Source: Octopus vulgaris (lineage: Eukaryota). From it: a DNA stretch of 64,000 bases. A program made the position numbers and the translations under genes. This document shows, piece by piece, positions 31,551-45,025 of the stretch (the first letter of the stretch is position 1; each line of letters starts with the position of its first letter). A model generated the notes under the pieces. That model saw only the letters and a program-made list of their open reading frames with translations, did no database searches and had not been told where the DNA came from. The stretch lies in assembly GCA_951406725.2 (NCBI GenBank), contig OX597814.1:70618001-70682000 (forward strand). Direction: 5' to 3'.

Positions 31551-31899
31551 GCGATAGATGAATGAGTGATTATAATTTTTTTATAAATTATAAAAACAAA
31601 ATTAATAAGGTACTTCACCTTCATTGTGAACTTGAAATATCGTCTTCATGAAAAGAAAAGTGAATTGACTGTAAGTATTTAGCAGACAATAACTTCTTTA
31701 TCGTCTGTTCATAAATGGAGAAAAAGGAATACTTTGGGTTATTTCCAGATAATTTCAGTTTAAACATTGTCAAATACTTGTCTATAGATTTGTGAGTGTG
31801 TATATGTGTGTGTGTAGAGAGAAAGAGACGTGAGTGAGAGAGAAAGAGACTGAAAGCACATGCGTGTGCAACTCTGAATGACAACTGTATTAATGTTAC

Positions 31900-33122
31900 T
31901 ATCCCACTGCCACTATAAAGTTCTAGTAAGTAGGAAGGCAAACACATCGCACACCCACTCAGGTAGGTGGCCCTGCTCGATCTGTAGAAAAGGTGTAGGT
32001 AGAAACTCCATAAAATGTACCCAGTGTCAGCTATGGACACATAAGACGTGCAGCAACATCAGAGGAAGATTAACCGAGAAGATAGCTTTCACATGTGGCA
32101 GATGCAGAGGAACAATAAACACCACAGATGCCCAGAAAACAGATTCCATCACAATCCAGGGGGAGAAACTAGAAGTAGTTGACAGCTTCTGCTACCTAGG
32201 CAACCAAGTTAGTAGTGGGTGGGGGGGTGGATGCTCAGAGAGTGTTACCACTAGAATAAGAATAGCCTGGGCAAAGTTTAGAAAGCTTCTACCCCTACTG
32301 GTGACAAAAGGCCTCTCGCTTAGAGTGAAAGGTAGATCGTACAATACATGCGTGCGAACTGCCATGCTTCACAGCAGTGAAACGTGGGCCGTGACTGCGA
32401 AGGACATATGTAGGCTCAAAAGAAATGAAGCTAGCATAATCCACTGGATGTGTAATGTCAGTGTGCACACACGACAGAGTGTAAGGACCCTGAGAGAAAT
32501 GTTGGACATAAGAATCATCAGATGTGGCGTGCAAGAGAGACGTTTGCACTGGTATGGTCATGTACTACGGATGGATGAGGAGAGCTGTGTGAAGAAGTGC
32601 CACTCCCAAACAGTTGAAGGAATCTGGGGTAGAGGTAGACCCATGAAGACATGGGATAAGGTGGTCAAGCATGACCTTCAAACGTTGGGTCTCACAGAGG
32701 CAATGATGAAAGACCGAGACCTCTGGAGATATGCTGTGACTGTGAAGACCTAGCAAATAAAGTGAGTTCATGGCTGTATCCTACACCAGTTCCACATAAC
32801 CAGCCCCAACCCATTCAAAAGTACCTTGGATCATAGAGTGACCTGCTGTGCTTGAGACCTCAACATCAAAATGAAAATCAAATGGAAATTGTAGTTGTGA
32901 TACCCGTGCCAGTGACACGTAAAAAGCACTCACCTATCATGGCCATTGCCAACCTCCTCTGGCCCTTGTGCTGGTAGCATGTAAAAAGCACCCACTACAC
33001 TCTTGGAGTAGTTGGCATTAGGAAAGGCATCCAGCTGTAGAAACACTGCCAGATCAGACTGGAGCCTGGTGCAGCCTCCTAGCTTCCCAGACCCCAATTG
33101 AACCATCCAACCCATGCTAGCA
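31900..33122 (+). mobile_element. RTE-type LINE family A, copy 4 (diverged; PHD to 3' UTR)
   Basis: ORF 31878-32753 WPCSIC..CGRC, RLHWYGHV, RGRPMKTW; 3' UTR to CCATGCTAGCA. Confidence 0.9.
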
Positions 33123-33299
33123 ATGATGTTATATATACAGGGAAAGAGAGAGAAACAGAATGTATGTGAGTATGTAGAGAGACCGAGAGTTATCTGAATC
33201 ACAATCTGGTATTTGGACTCTATAAATTATTGTGTTATCCCTGTAAATTCACCAATACATAAAACTGACTGGTAAATAATATCTAGCAACACGTGAATG

Positions 33300-33351
<52 letters not shown>

Positions 33352-33354
<3 letters not shown>

Positions 33355-33566
33355 TTGTGTGTTGTGTTTGTCCCCCCAACATCGCTTGACAACCGATGCT
33401 GATGTGTTTATCTCCCCGTAACTTAGCGGTTTGGCAAAAGAGACCGATAGAATAAGTACTAGGCTTACAAAGAATAAGTCCTGGGGGTCGATTTCCTCGA
33501 CTAAAAGCGGTGCTCCAGCATGGCCACAATCAAATGACTGAAACAAGTAAAAGAGTAAAAGAGTAT
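33352..33566 (+). mobile_element. SINE family 1, 3' half
   Basis: Matches the 17605-17820 tail, ending CAAGTAAAAGAGTAAAAGAG. Confidence 0.85.
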
Positions 33567-34162
33567 ATTTATATTTATTGCATATATTTTACTTTTTGAT
33601 ACATATATATATAATTCTTATTTACATTTGCAAATCACATATCGTACATTTTTTTTTATGAATGAGCTACTCCACGTCGATCACCAGAGTGATATTTTAT
33701 CACTTTATAGAGTGTTTGAGTGTCGGTTTGGTGTCTGGAATGGAATAGCTTACCTCATGGGCAGGTAGAAGCTCTTTAACCTTGGTTGGTTATCTACTTA
33801 GAAGAAGGAAATCTCTAAACTCTCCCCATCTTGTTTATAACTGGACAATTTTATATGACATTACTATAACACCATGAACACTTCAAAATTATATTTTTGA
33901 TTATATAAACCTCTTTGAATAATATTTTAGCAAACTTAAAATGATTTTTTTCGTACTGTAAACCATTTACAATATCTGTGGTGGCCCCTTTCCCTTGATG
34001 CCCTAAGTACATGCTTATTTTTCGTAATGATTAATCCAAACAAACCAGATATGCAGCAAGGAATCCAGAGAGAGTGCCACTGAGTTGATAATGTATTTAC
34101 ACCTTTTACCATAAGTGGGAATTTTTTTCTCTATGTTAAACCATAGTGAAATTGCCTTTAGT

Positions 34163-34165
<3 letters not shown>

Positions 34166-34227
<62 letters not shown>
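34166..34227. repeat. (CT)n microsatellite
   Basis: Direct inspection. Confidence 0.97.
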
Positions 34228-34232
<5 letters not shown>

Positions 34233-34339
34233 TATAAAATGAGGAAGTTTTGGTGAAGCGTTTTGTGATTTGTTGTGTAAGGCAGGAACAATGTGAGAAG
34301 GTATGAAGTAAACTGCAAAAGGAAAAGGAAACAAAACCA

Positions 34340-34935
34340 AGTTGCAGATTTACCTTGTATTTTCTATATTTGGGAGTAAAGACTCCTTCTTTAGGACATT
34401 TGGAAAAGTGGTAGTTAGAAAAGGTCATTGCTCAGATAGGGTAGGGTTGGGAGAAGGTGGGGTGTCATGTAGTTTCTTCCTGTTGTTAATGGCTGGTCTC
34501 AGTTTGCTGATAAGGAGGGCCTCCATGATTCTGAGACTGCCTAGTAACATTGGGTTGCCTGGATGGAAACTTTAAAATCTGAGTTTGGCACTTCTTTTGG
34601 TGTTTCTTTATTGATGTGTCCATGTGCATGTGTTCTTTTATATGGGTGTGCAATTTCCTGGTTGTGCTCCCTGTGTAGGATGCCTCACATTTGCTACAGA
34701 CTATTTCATATACTACATAGATTCTCAAGCATGTTTTATGGGGCAGTTGGTTAGTTTGCATCCCACAATATACTATCTGTAGTATTTTTCTTCAACATCT
34801 GTGTGTTGAGTCCCTCCCTGTGGATCGCATGTTGAATTGCTGCAGTTGTTCTGTCTTCAAAGTTGGGCAATTTGAAGAAGCACTTTTCTGAGTTGGGGTT
34901 ATGGAGCTGCTTATGTGGCTTACCCACTTTCATGT
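34340..34935 (-). mobile_element. Penelope-like GIY-YIG endonuclease fragment (decayed)
   Basis: ORF 34486-34761 VVYEIVCSKCEASYTGSTTRKLHTHIKEH matches the GIY-YIG VVY..C..C...YxG.T.R.L..R..EH pattern. Confidence 0.8.
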
Positions 34936-34949
34936 TTTGTGGATGCAGT

Positions 34950-35181
34950 CATTTAGCTACAGATGGTTTGATTCCCTGAGTGGTTGGTACATTGTGTTCT
35001 TGAGCAATACACTTCATTTCACATTGCTCCAATCCCTACTTTCAATCAGGTGGGAGGATGTTGGCCCGCTCACCTAGCCAGCAGGGTGGCATCATTTGAA
35101 GGCTAAAATAATGCAAGTGCACATTGGACCAGCAATGTGTAATAAGATCTGGTAGCCTGGTCAATCATGTGATCACGTGAC
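34950..35181 (+). mobile_element. Decayed SINE family 2
   Basis: CTAGCCAGCAGGGTGGCATCATTTGAAGGCTAAAA...GTGATCACGTGA shared with 18078-18384. Confidence 0.7.
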
Positions 35182-35339
35182 ATATGCAATTACATTGTGG
35201 AAAAGCTATATAATAACACAAAGCTGCACTTCAAATTTATTTCATGAAGTGTCAAATTTTCATCACACACTGTGACCTGATTACTGACACAGTTCCAGTT
35301 GGTGTGGAATACATATATAAACATACTGACATATGAATA

Positions 35340-36300
35340 TGTTGTCTCAAAAGTAATGGACATAGGTCATTCAAATTGTACAAGCTGGTGGAGTAAGTTT
35401 ACCTCCAAAAGTGCTACATGACAGTCTCCATCATAAGTGATGCACTTGTACCATTGTCTAACCCATCTTGTGAGTGCTCTTTGAAAAAAATTCAGGTTTG
35501 CATTGTTTACTCACTTCTTCACAGCCACTTTCAACTCCTCTGTGTTGGTGGAAATCAGAGGTCACCAGATCCATGCTGTAGGGTGGATGGGTCCCACTGG
35601 TTGGCTCAATTTGTTGATTGCTTGATTTATTGCCTAAGTTGTATGTGGTCATACATTGTTATGGTGAATATGAATTGTTTTCAGGCTCTTGTTCAGTCTT
35701 TTCCTCCTAATAGCTTCTCTAAACTTTCCAAGTGTCTCAATGAACTACTCACTATTCACAGTACAACCACATTCCAGAAATCAAAGGAAAATGATGCTCT
35801 TGTCATCCCTAAAAACAGTCATCATGACCTTCTGTATGAATTGCTGGCTCTTGAATTTCTTGAGCTGTGAAGAAGAGGTGTGGCACCATTCCATAGAGTG
35901 AGCCTTCATTTCTGGACTATAGAAATATGCCCTCATTTTATTTCCTGTCACCAGGTCAGACCAAAATGTATCTTCATTGGCTTGAAACACCTCCAGCAGA
36001 TCAGAACATACTTCCTCCTTTTTGTCCTTCAAATTGAGATACCTTCTTTATGCACACTTTCAACTATCCAGAGTCTTCAGCCATCTTTTGTAATGCATTG
36101 CAACCAGAGTCCATTTGTGCAGCAAGCTCACAGTTTGCAACTTGTCTGTCTGTGCAAATCAGTTCAACCACTTGCTGGCAATTTATGTCATTGGTAGCAG
36201 TGCTAGTTCTCCTTTCTTTAAACATCATCCATCGATGCACATTGTCCTTGTCAATGGTATCATCCCTGTAGACAACCGTCTTATATTTGTGGTTTTAGAA
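35340..36300 (-). mobile_element. Decayed mariner (Tc1/mariner) transposon
   Basis: LVTGNKMRAYFYSPEMKAHSMEW...KVMMTVF (35781-36032) and HPPYSMDLVTSDFH (35458-35652), matching the YSPDLAP-SD motif. Confidence 0.85.
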
Positions 36301-36550
36301 ATTAGAGTGTCACTTTCTAAGACTTGGATCAAAGGTGTGCTCATACATTGTGCGTCTTTCAGACATTATTTTTACACTTGTATTAGGAGGAAACAAAAAG
36401 CAAATAAAAGCATGGTTAGGGTATGAATAATTAGTAGAGATCACATGAGAAGGATGAAGGGGAAGAAGAAGACAAAGAAGTGTGTGTGTGTTTATGTATA
36501 TATACATATGTGCATGTGTGTTTGTGTGTATTTTATATATATGCATATAA

Positions 36551-36583
<33 letters not shown>

Positions 36584-36585
<2 letters not shown>

Positions 36586-36920
36586 CATCATCATCATCGT
36601 TTAATGTCCATCTTCCATGCATGCATGAGTAGGATGGTTCACAGGAGCTAACCAGGTCCAAAAAGTACCCTATGCTGCTGTGTCTGTTTTGGCAGAGTTT
36701 TTTTATGGCTGGATGCCCTTCCTAACACCAACCACTCTGCAGAGTAGACTCAGTGCTTTTTATGTCGCACTAGCACAGGCGAGGTTAGTTTTGGCATGAT
36801 TTTTACAGCTGGATGCTCTTCCAAATGCCCACCACTTTATAGAGTGGACTAGGTGCTTTTTACATAGTACCAGCACTGGAAGGGTCACTAAGTGACTCGC
36901 ATGACAAGGAATTATGAGAG
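36584..36920 (-). mobile_element. RTE-family 3' UTR/tail fragment with internal duplication
   Basis: (CAT)n-CGTTTAA, GGCTGGATGCCCTTCCTAAC block present twice. Confidence 0.7.
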
Positions 36921-36957
36921 GGGCATACACACACATGTATATATATATATAGATATA

Positions 36958-37150
36958 CTAGCAGAGATACCCGGCATTGCCCATGTTACATGCAATTGAA
37001 GAATTAGTCTTTTTTGTTATATTTTCTGTAATGAACTGGAATATCTGTTTCGAATTTCATCAAAATTGCAGATGAGGGTTATTTCCCTCGTTACACACCC
37101 TAAAAAAATTGTAATTGTGCCAGATGTATCCCATACTACTGATTTTTATG
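36958..37150 (-). mobile_element. Helitron 3' terminus (non-autonomous fragment)
   Basis: A-CTAG-CAGAGATACCCGGCATTGCCC mirrors the terminus at 25706. Confidence 0.65.
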
Positions 37151-38009
37151 CGCATATTCCAAAATTCCAGTCTTATTGAACCTGTTAAAAGGATTTTGCT
37201 CCTGAAAAAGGAATGTCATGGAGCTCTAAAATGTGAGAGTGAAGGGCCCTGTTGGGGGTGGTTGTCTTATTATCAAGCAGAGAAGTTGAATTGTTGAGAA
37301 TCTTTTTAACTTGGGTCTTATATCTATTGTTTGAATTTCTTTGAAATAGGAAATATATGTTTACTGGGTTTGTAAAAGATAGCAAAGCTACAGGAAACCA
37401 AAAGACGAATGATCACAATAAGCAGTCAGTTACCCTACCCTACCCTACTCGTTACCACTCCCATTGTAGGATTCTTCACCATCCAGGTGACAGGCACAGC
37501 CGTAAGATGCAATCCAAATCTATAGCAATTGGAAGGACGTGACTCAACTGAAATAAACATCAACAACTGTGTGACATGAAGGCTAAGGAGAAATGAAAGT
37601 GTCACCTCCGGAGTTTGCAAATGACCACTATACTGATATGTAACTGGACAGAATACATTTACAATCTATAAATGTCTTTGAATAACCAGTTACTCATCTG
37701 GGAAGGCCTTGAAATCAATGTTACCATCTGGGGACTATGTGTGACCCAGTGATGATAAAAAGACTGAAAGGAGGTCTGCAATCAAATAACTTTACTCAGC
37801 ACTTTGCAACTAAATCAGTGGAGGCAAAGATGCCTCTCATTTACTTGACAATTTATGCACCACATTGCAGAAATCACAATGTAAGTGTATGTCAAAACAA
37901 ACTGTTACACAGTTGTACCATTGAATTACAAATAATGCTCATATTTTATGTTCTGGTAACCCTATAGCTTCTAAGAGTACAACTGTCTTTGCTTAGATAA
38001 AATGACAAA

Positions 38010-38545
38010 ATTGATACAACTGAGTGGGCAAACTAAAATATAAGACACAGCTTAGTGCTATTTTTATGTTGATAAGCCTGGTACTTATTCTATTAGTTTG
38101 TTCTTGTGAAACCAGTAAGTTCTGAGGATATAAATAAATGAACACCAGGTGTGAAGCAGTGATGAGAGAGAAACACAGAGACAAAGACACACACATACAC
38201 TTACATATATACATATATATATGATTGATTTGCTTCAGTTCCTGTCTACGAAATTCATATATATATATATATACACACACACAAAGATAAATTGATAAAT
38301 ACAACTGAGTGGGCGAACTAAAAATATTAGACACTATCTAGTGCTTTTTTTTTATTTTGATAGTCCTGTTACTTATTCTATCAGTTTCTTCTTGTGAAAT
38401 CAGTAAGTTATGGGGATGTAAATAAACGAACACCAGTTGTGAAGCAGTGATGAGGGAGAAACACAAACACATACACATAGACTTACATATATACATACAT
38501 ATATATACAATTGATTTTTTTCAGTTTGTGTCTACAAAATCCACT
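38010..38545. repeat. Tandem duplication (~285-bp unit) containing SINE-tail-like sequence
   Basis: ATACAACTGAGTGGGC.AACTAAAAT recurs at ~38014 and ~38299 with colinear downstream similarity. Confidence 0.75.
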
Positions 38546-38551
38546 GACCTG

Positions 38552-40345
38552 TGTGATGGGAATAAGCATATATATGATGGGAATAAGCATATATGGTTTG
38601 TAATTCCCTTTGGTAAGCAGATTAGAACTAACCTCCCCCTCATGTTTAGACAAGCCATCGCCAATAACTTCCCCAGAAATTCCAAATATTACTCCACGGT
38701 TAACTCGCATAAAGTTAGGATAGCTTTCTCCAACACTAAAAACCTCGCCCAGATAATCGCCTCCCATAATAATAGGCTGCTTACTAAGACCCTATCACCT
38801 TTTTCCGGAGGCACAGCCTCTTCCGCTCCCGGTTTAATGCTCAGTAGGAATAATTATAGTAGTAATAATGATATGAGAGCCAGTACAGTGACTCATAGTC
38901 TCAGCTCCAGCCAGGGATTACACACTAGGGGTATAGTTATAAATAGGGGTGTTGTAGTTGACGGTAACAATGGGAGTAGGGTAGAGAGTCCCAATAGCAA
39001 CCCCAGCATCATTTCCTGCAATAGCAGCACCACGGGCACTAGCAATGACAGCACTCTGATAGATAGTCGAGAATCAGGGGTTATTCCGTTAGTTAATAGT
39101 GACATAGTGGAAAATAAAGTAGTAAGCGGCTGCAGTTCTCGTAACAAATATAGTGACGGTAACGCAGTTCTAATTTCAGAAACTAATCCTAGCAGAATAA
39201 GATTCACGTCGGCGAACTCCAAGATCAGAAACGCCGTCTACCAATGCAAGGTTTACACGGACTCAGATGTCTACGCTTATGTAGGGGCCTCATCGTCAAG
39301 ATTGGCTTTGCGAATCTTCAATCATTACGCAACTTTTCGGGACATGAATAAACGCCAGACCACGGGACTCAGCAAGCTAATATGGCGATTGAAGGATACG
39401 AACTCAAGCTACAGGCTGGAATGGTCAATTTTGTCGGTGGCCCTCCCATTTGATAGGGGCAGAAGGAAGTGCAACCTTTGTGTCTCCGAACTCTTCCATA
39501 TTTTGTTCGCCAGAGACCGGATGGTAAACGGACTTTTACAGTCGGCTTTTCGATGCCCCCATTGGCGGCGTTACACTTATCTGGCTTATAAATAACGCTT
39601 ATAAATAATACCTGCACCCATAGCCCTTGGTAATAAATTCTGAAATAGCCTTTAAGATAATTACGATTAACCACTGCAAGGGGAATTACTCCTGTAAGAT
39701 AAACGGGGCTTTGTTTTTGACGACGGGGGGTTTCTTTGACAAGGCATGATTAGACGAACACACGCACACATAAAACATTTTTCTGCCACCCAACGGTTCT
39801 TACTGCAGTAGCCATTGTGTAGAGCTGCTTAACAACTGACAGCCGAGCGATCAAACGCACACACGTACACAAAAAATGTTTTCTACCCCTTGACGGAGTT
39901 CTTGCCAACCTGCGCCAGCACACATATATAGAACAGTAAACACACACATGTCTCTAAGTAGATTTTTTCTCGCCCCTTATAATACATCCAATATTCCTTA
40001 AATAGTCAGAACTTTATTCTCGGTCACAAAGAACATCTACACACCCTCACCCACAGGAATGACTGCTGCCTGACCCCTTAAAATCTTCAACCACCGGTTC
40101 TCAACATACACTGATAAACAGTTTTGCCATGGGCTCTTAGGAGCCTAGTTCGATTTGTTTTGCTCCGCCTCTGTTCTGTTTTTGTTTTTTCCAACGGATT
40201 TCCTATTTCTTCCTGAAGAGAAAGACACAATATGGTCTCATTATTCAATCAGATTTTGGTAAATTGTGCCTTTCGAAACACGTGTAGAATGAAATAAAAC
40301 GATTTCTGTTCAATCTTCGTTCAGCTCCATTTCTTCAATTCACCT
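38552..40345 (+). mobile_element. 5'-truncated Penelope-like element: RT tail, S/N-rich linker, GIY-YIG, 3' pseudo-LTR with hammerhead
   Basis: ORF 38447-39595: WFVIPFGKQIRTN, NLAQIIASHN, AVYQCKV..AYVGAS..RIFNH, LEWSIL, CNLCVSE, CPH; hammerhead at 40205-40295 followed by AATAAA. Confidence 0.88.
40205..40295 (+). ncRNA. Type I hammerhead ribozyme, canonical core
   Basis: ATTTCTTC-CTGAAGA-GAAAGACACAAT...ATTGTGCCTTTC-GAAAC-ACGT-GTA-GAATGAAAT; palindromic stem III ACACGTGT; predicted cleavage after A40286. Confidence 0.85.
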
Positions 40346-40352
40346 ATATATA

Positions 40353-40388
<36 letters not shown>

Positions 40389-40514
40389 TATATATTTTTA
40401 TATATATATATATAATTATATATATTTTTATATATATATATATAATTATATATATTTTTATATATATATATAATTATATATATATTTTTATATATATATA
40501 TATATTTATATATA

Positions 40515-40572
<58 letters not shown>
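40346..40572. repeat. (TA)n with ~30-bp higher-order unit TATAATTATATATATTTT
   Basis: Direct inspection. Confidence 0.9.
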
Positions 40573-42695
<2,123 letters not shown>

Positions 42696-42707
42696 TTTTA
42701 TATAAGG

Positions 42708-42758
42708 AGCTTCTACAGGACTAGAACTGTTTCATTCAAAAGAAATCATCAGGAAGCT
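42708..42758 (-). ncRNA. Compact type I hammerhead ribozyme
   Basis: Minus strand AGCTTC-CTGATGA-TTTC-TTTT-GAAT-GAA-ACAG-TTCTAGTC-CTGT-A-GAAGCT, with AATAAA shortly downstream. Confidence 0.75.
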
Positions 42759-43222
42759 AGTAGACAAGAGTTGTTTTGGCATTTATACATTTAGGCAGGT
42801 TTAAATGGGTGGTGGTGGGGGACTTTTTTGGGGGGTAGGCATGGCGCAAAGCTGTCATTATAAGGGGAGTGGTCAAAGGAATCGTTGGTAAAGTAGATAA
42901 TAGAATAAATAAAAGAATAAAAAAATAAAATAAAAAGATAAAAAAATATAAATAGAAAAATAGGGTTTTAGGTAAGTAGGGAGACTCTCACTTGTACATC
43001 TACATATATATATATACACATATATACACCCGCATATTCACATATATCTATACATATACATACATACCCACATATACATACATACATATATATATATATA
43101 CATACATACACATACATATACATATATATATATATACATACATATACATACATGCATACACATACCCATGTACGTACACACAGATACACATATACATACA
43201 TATACATACATATATGTATACC

Positions 43223-43265
<43 letters not shown>

Positions 43266-43499
43266 CATCTATATACATATATATACACATGTAAATTTAA
43301 ATTTTAAATAATAATGATGGTGAAAAATTGAATATTAATTTGATTAATATGAATTTAAAACCAGTGGTATAGCATATAAGACCATAGCGGATCTCTTCTA
43401 GCTTAATGTATAATGGATGTCCAGTTACATTTCATCCCTGTTATATAATAGTTTCAGTATTAAAGTGAAAGTATCTGACATTACAATAGAGAGATGTTT

Positions 43500-43703
43500 T
43501 GTTTCACTTTTCACACGTAATACTGAAATAGTGGAGAAGATATGATATTGCTGTGGTCTCACACTAGGCAAAAAGTCAAAGTAAGGACCCTAAGTAAGGC
43601 ATGTGTAAAATTTGAATGAAATTGGTTGTGTAGTTCTCAAGTTTGAGGGATTCACACAGACAGACAGACATTCTCAGTTCTATATATATATATATATATA
43701 GAT
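43500..43703 (-). mobile_element. Probable non-autonomous Helitron 5' end
   Basis: Minus strand begins TC(TA)n then AGAACTGAGAATGTCTGTCTGTCTGTGTG, like non-autonomous animal Helitrons with (GTCT)n. Confidence 0.5.
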
Positions 43704-43704
43704 A

Positions 43705-43875
43705 AGGATAATCAGATCTGACTTGCGAAAAAGAAGATTGCACTGGTATGTGGTGTGTGGATGAAGACAGCTATATAAAGGAGTGACAGTAGCTAAATCT
43801 AGCTGGAGCTTGTGGAATGGGGAGATTCAGGAAGACATGAGACAAATTTGTGAGAGCTGATCTTAGGACCCTGAG
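43705..43875 (+). mobile_element. Old RTE ORF2 C-terminal fragment
   Basis: AGAAGATTGCACTGGTATG...GAAGACATGAGAC similar to the RLHWYG/RKTW region. Confidence 0.55.
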
Positions 43876-43939
43876 ATATATATATATATCTATATGTGTG
43901 TGTGTGTGGTGGGGTGAAGTGTGCGCATATATATATATA

Positions 43940-44650
43940 TCATCATCATCATCATTTAACGTCCGCTTTCCATGCTAGCATGGGTTGGATGAATGACTGA
44001 AGGCTGGTGAACCAGATGGCTGCACCAGGCTTCAATCTTGATCTGGCAGAGTTTCTACAGCTGGATGCCATTCCTAACACCGACCACTCCAAGAGTGTAG
44101 GGGCTGCTTTTACGTGCCACCCGCATGGGCAAGTCAGGCGGTACTGGCAACAACCTCGCTTGAATCTTTTACACATGCCACCGGCACAGATGCAGGTAGG
44201 CGATGCTGGTAACGATCATGCTCGAATGGTGTTTTTTATGTGCCACTGGCACGGAGGCCAGATAAACGCTCTGGCAACGATCATGCTCAGATGGTGCTCT
44301 TAGTACCCTGCTAGCACGGGGCTCAAGTGCCAGTAAGACGATGCTGGTAATGATCACTCTCGAATGGTGCCTTTCAAGTGCCACTGGCATGGAAGCCGGT
44401 TACCCACTCTCTCAATGATCACACTCGTATGGTGCTCTTTGCACCCCGCTAGCATGGACGCCAGTCATCGAATTTGATTTTGATTTTCATTTTTGATTTC
44501 ACTTGCCTCAACAGGTCTTTGCAAGCAGAGTTTTAGTGTCCAAAGAAGGAAAAGGTACACATAAGTGGGCTGGTAATGCCCCTGGCATAGGCCACGAGAT
44601 TATGGTCTCATTTGGCTTGCCGGGTCTTCTCACGCACGGCATATTTCCAT
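43940..44650 (-). mobile_element. RTE family A 3' UTR and tail
   Basis: (CAT)n, CCATGCTAGCATGG, tandem UTR units, ORF end GCGTGAGAAGACCCGGCAAG. Confidence 0.85.
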
Positions 44651-44881
44651 ATATATATATATATATATATATAATTCATCCATACCTGAAAATAAATTAT
44701 ATCCATTAACAGTTATTTTTAATACTTTTCTCATTGTATTGTGTATTTGTTTCTTTTTTGCATCTGTTATTTTATTTTTGATCTTCTATATAAATGAGAT
44801 ATCCTTTAATTTTCTGCTTTTGTTTACATGAAATGAGAAGATACATTGCAGAACTGTTATTTTAACAAGTTATATCTATTT

Positions 44882-44987
44882 ATTACCTGAAGAGATACAT
44901 CTGCACTATCAGATGCTCCTGAACCAGTTATTAAGAGTCTCACCTGTGAGGGATTGATGCTAGATGTGTTGAAACAATTGTAGTGAT
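44882..44987 (+). ncRNA. Type I hammerhead ribozyme, canonical core, long stem II (probable PLE pseudo-LTR ~44670-45025)
   Basis: ATTAC-CTGAAGA-GATACATCT...AGATGTGTT-GAAAC-AATT-GTA-GTGAT-T-AATAAA; palindromic stem III ACAATTGT. Confidence 0.8.
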
Positions 44988-45025
44988 TAATAAAACTTCT
45001 TGTATCTTCCATCTTCTGTCTTTCA

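Noticed and set aside
24770-34560. Repeats on both sides of the Helitron as LTRs or a large target duplication
   Set aside because: The two repeat blocks occur in different order on each side and are quite diverged; better explained as independent dispersed copies
37100-37990. Possible upstream MEGF8 exon in apparently unique sequence
   Set aside because: No open frame with EGF-like Cys spacing bounded by convincing splice sites
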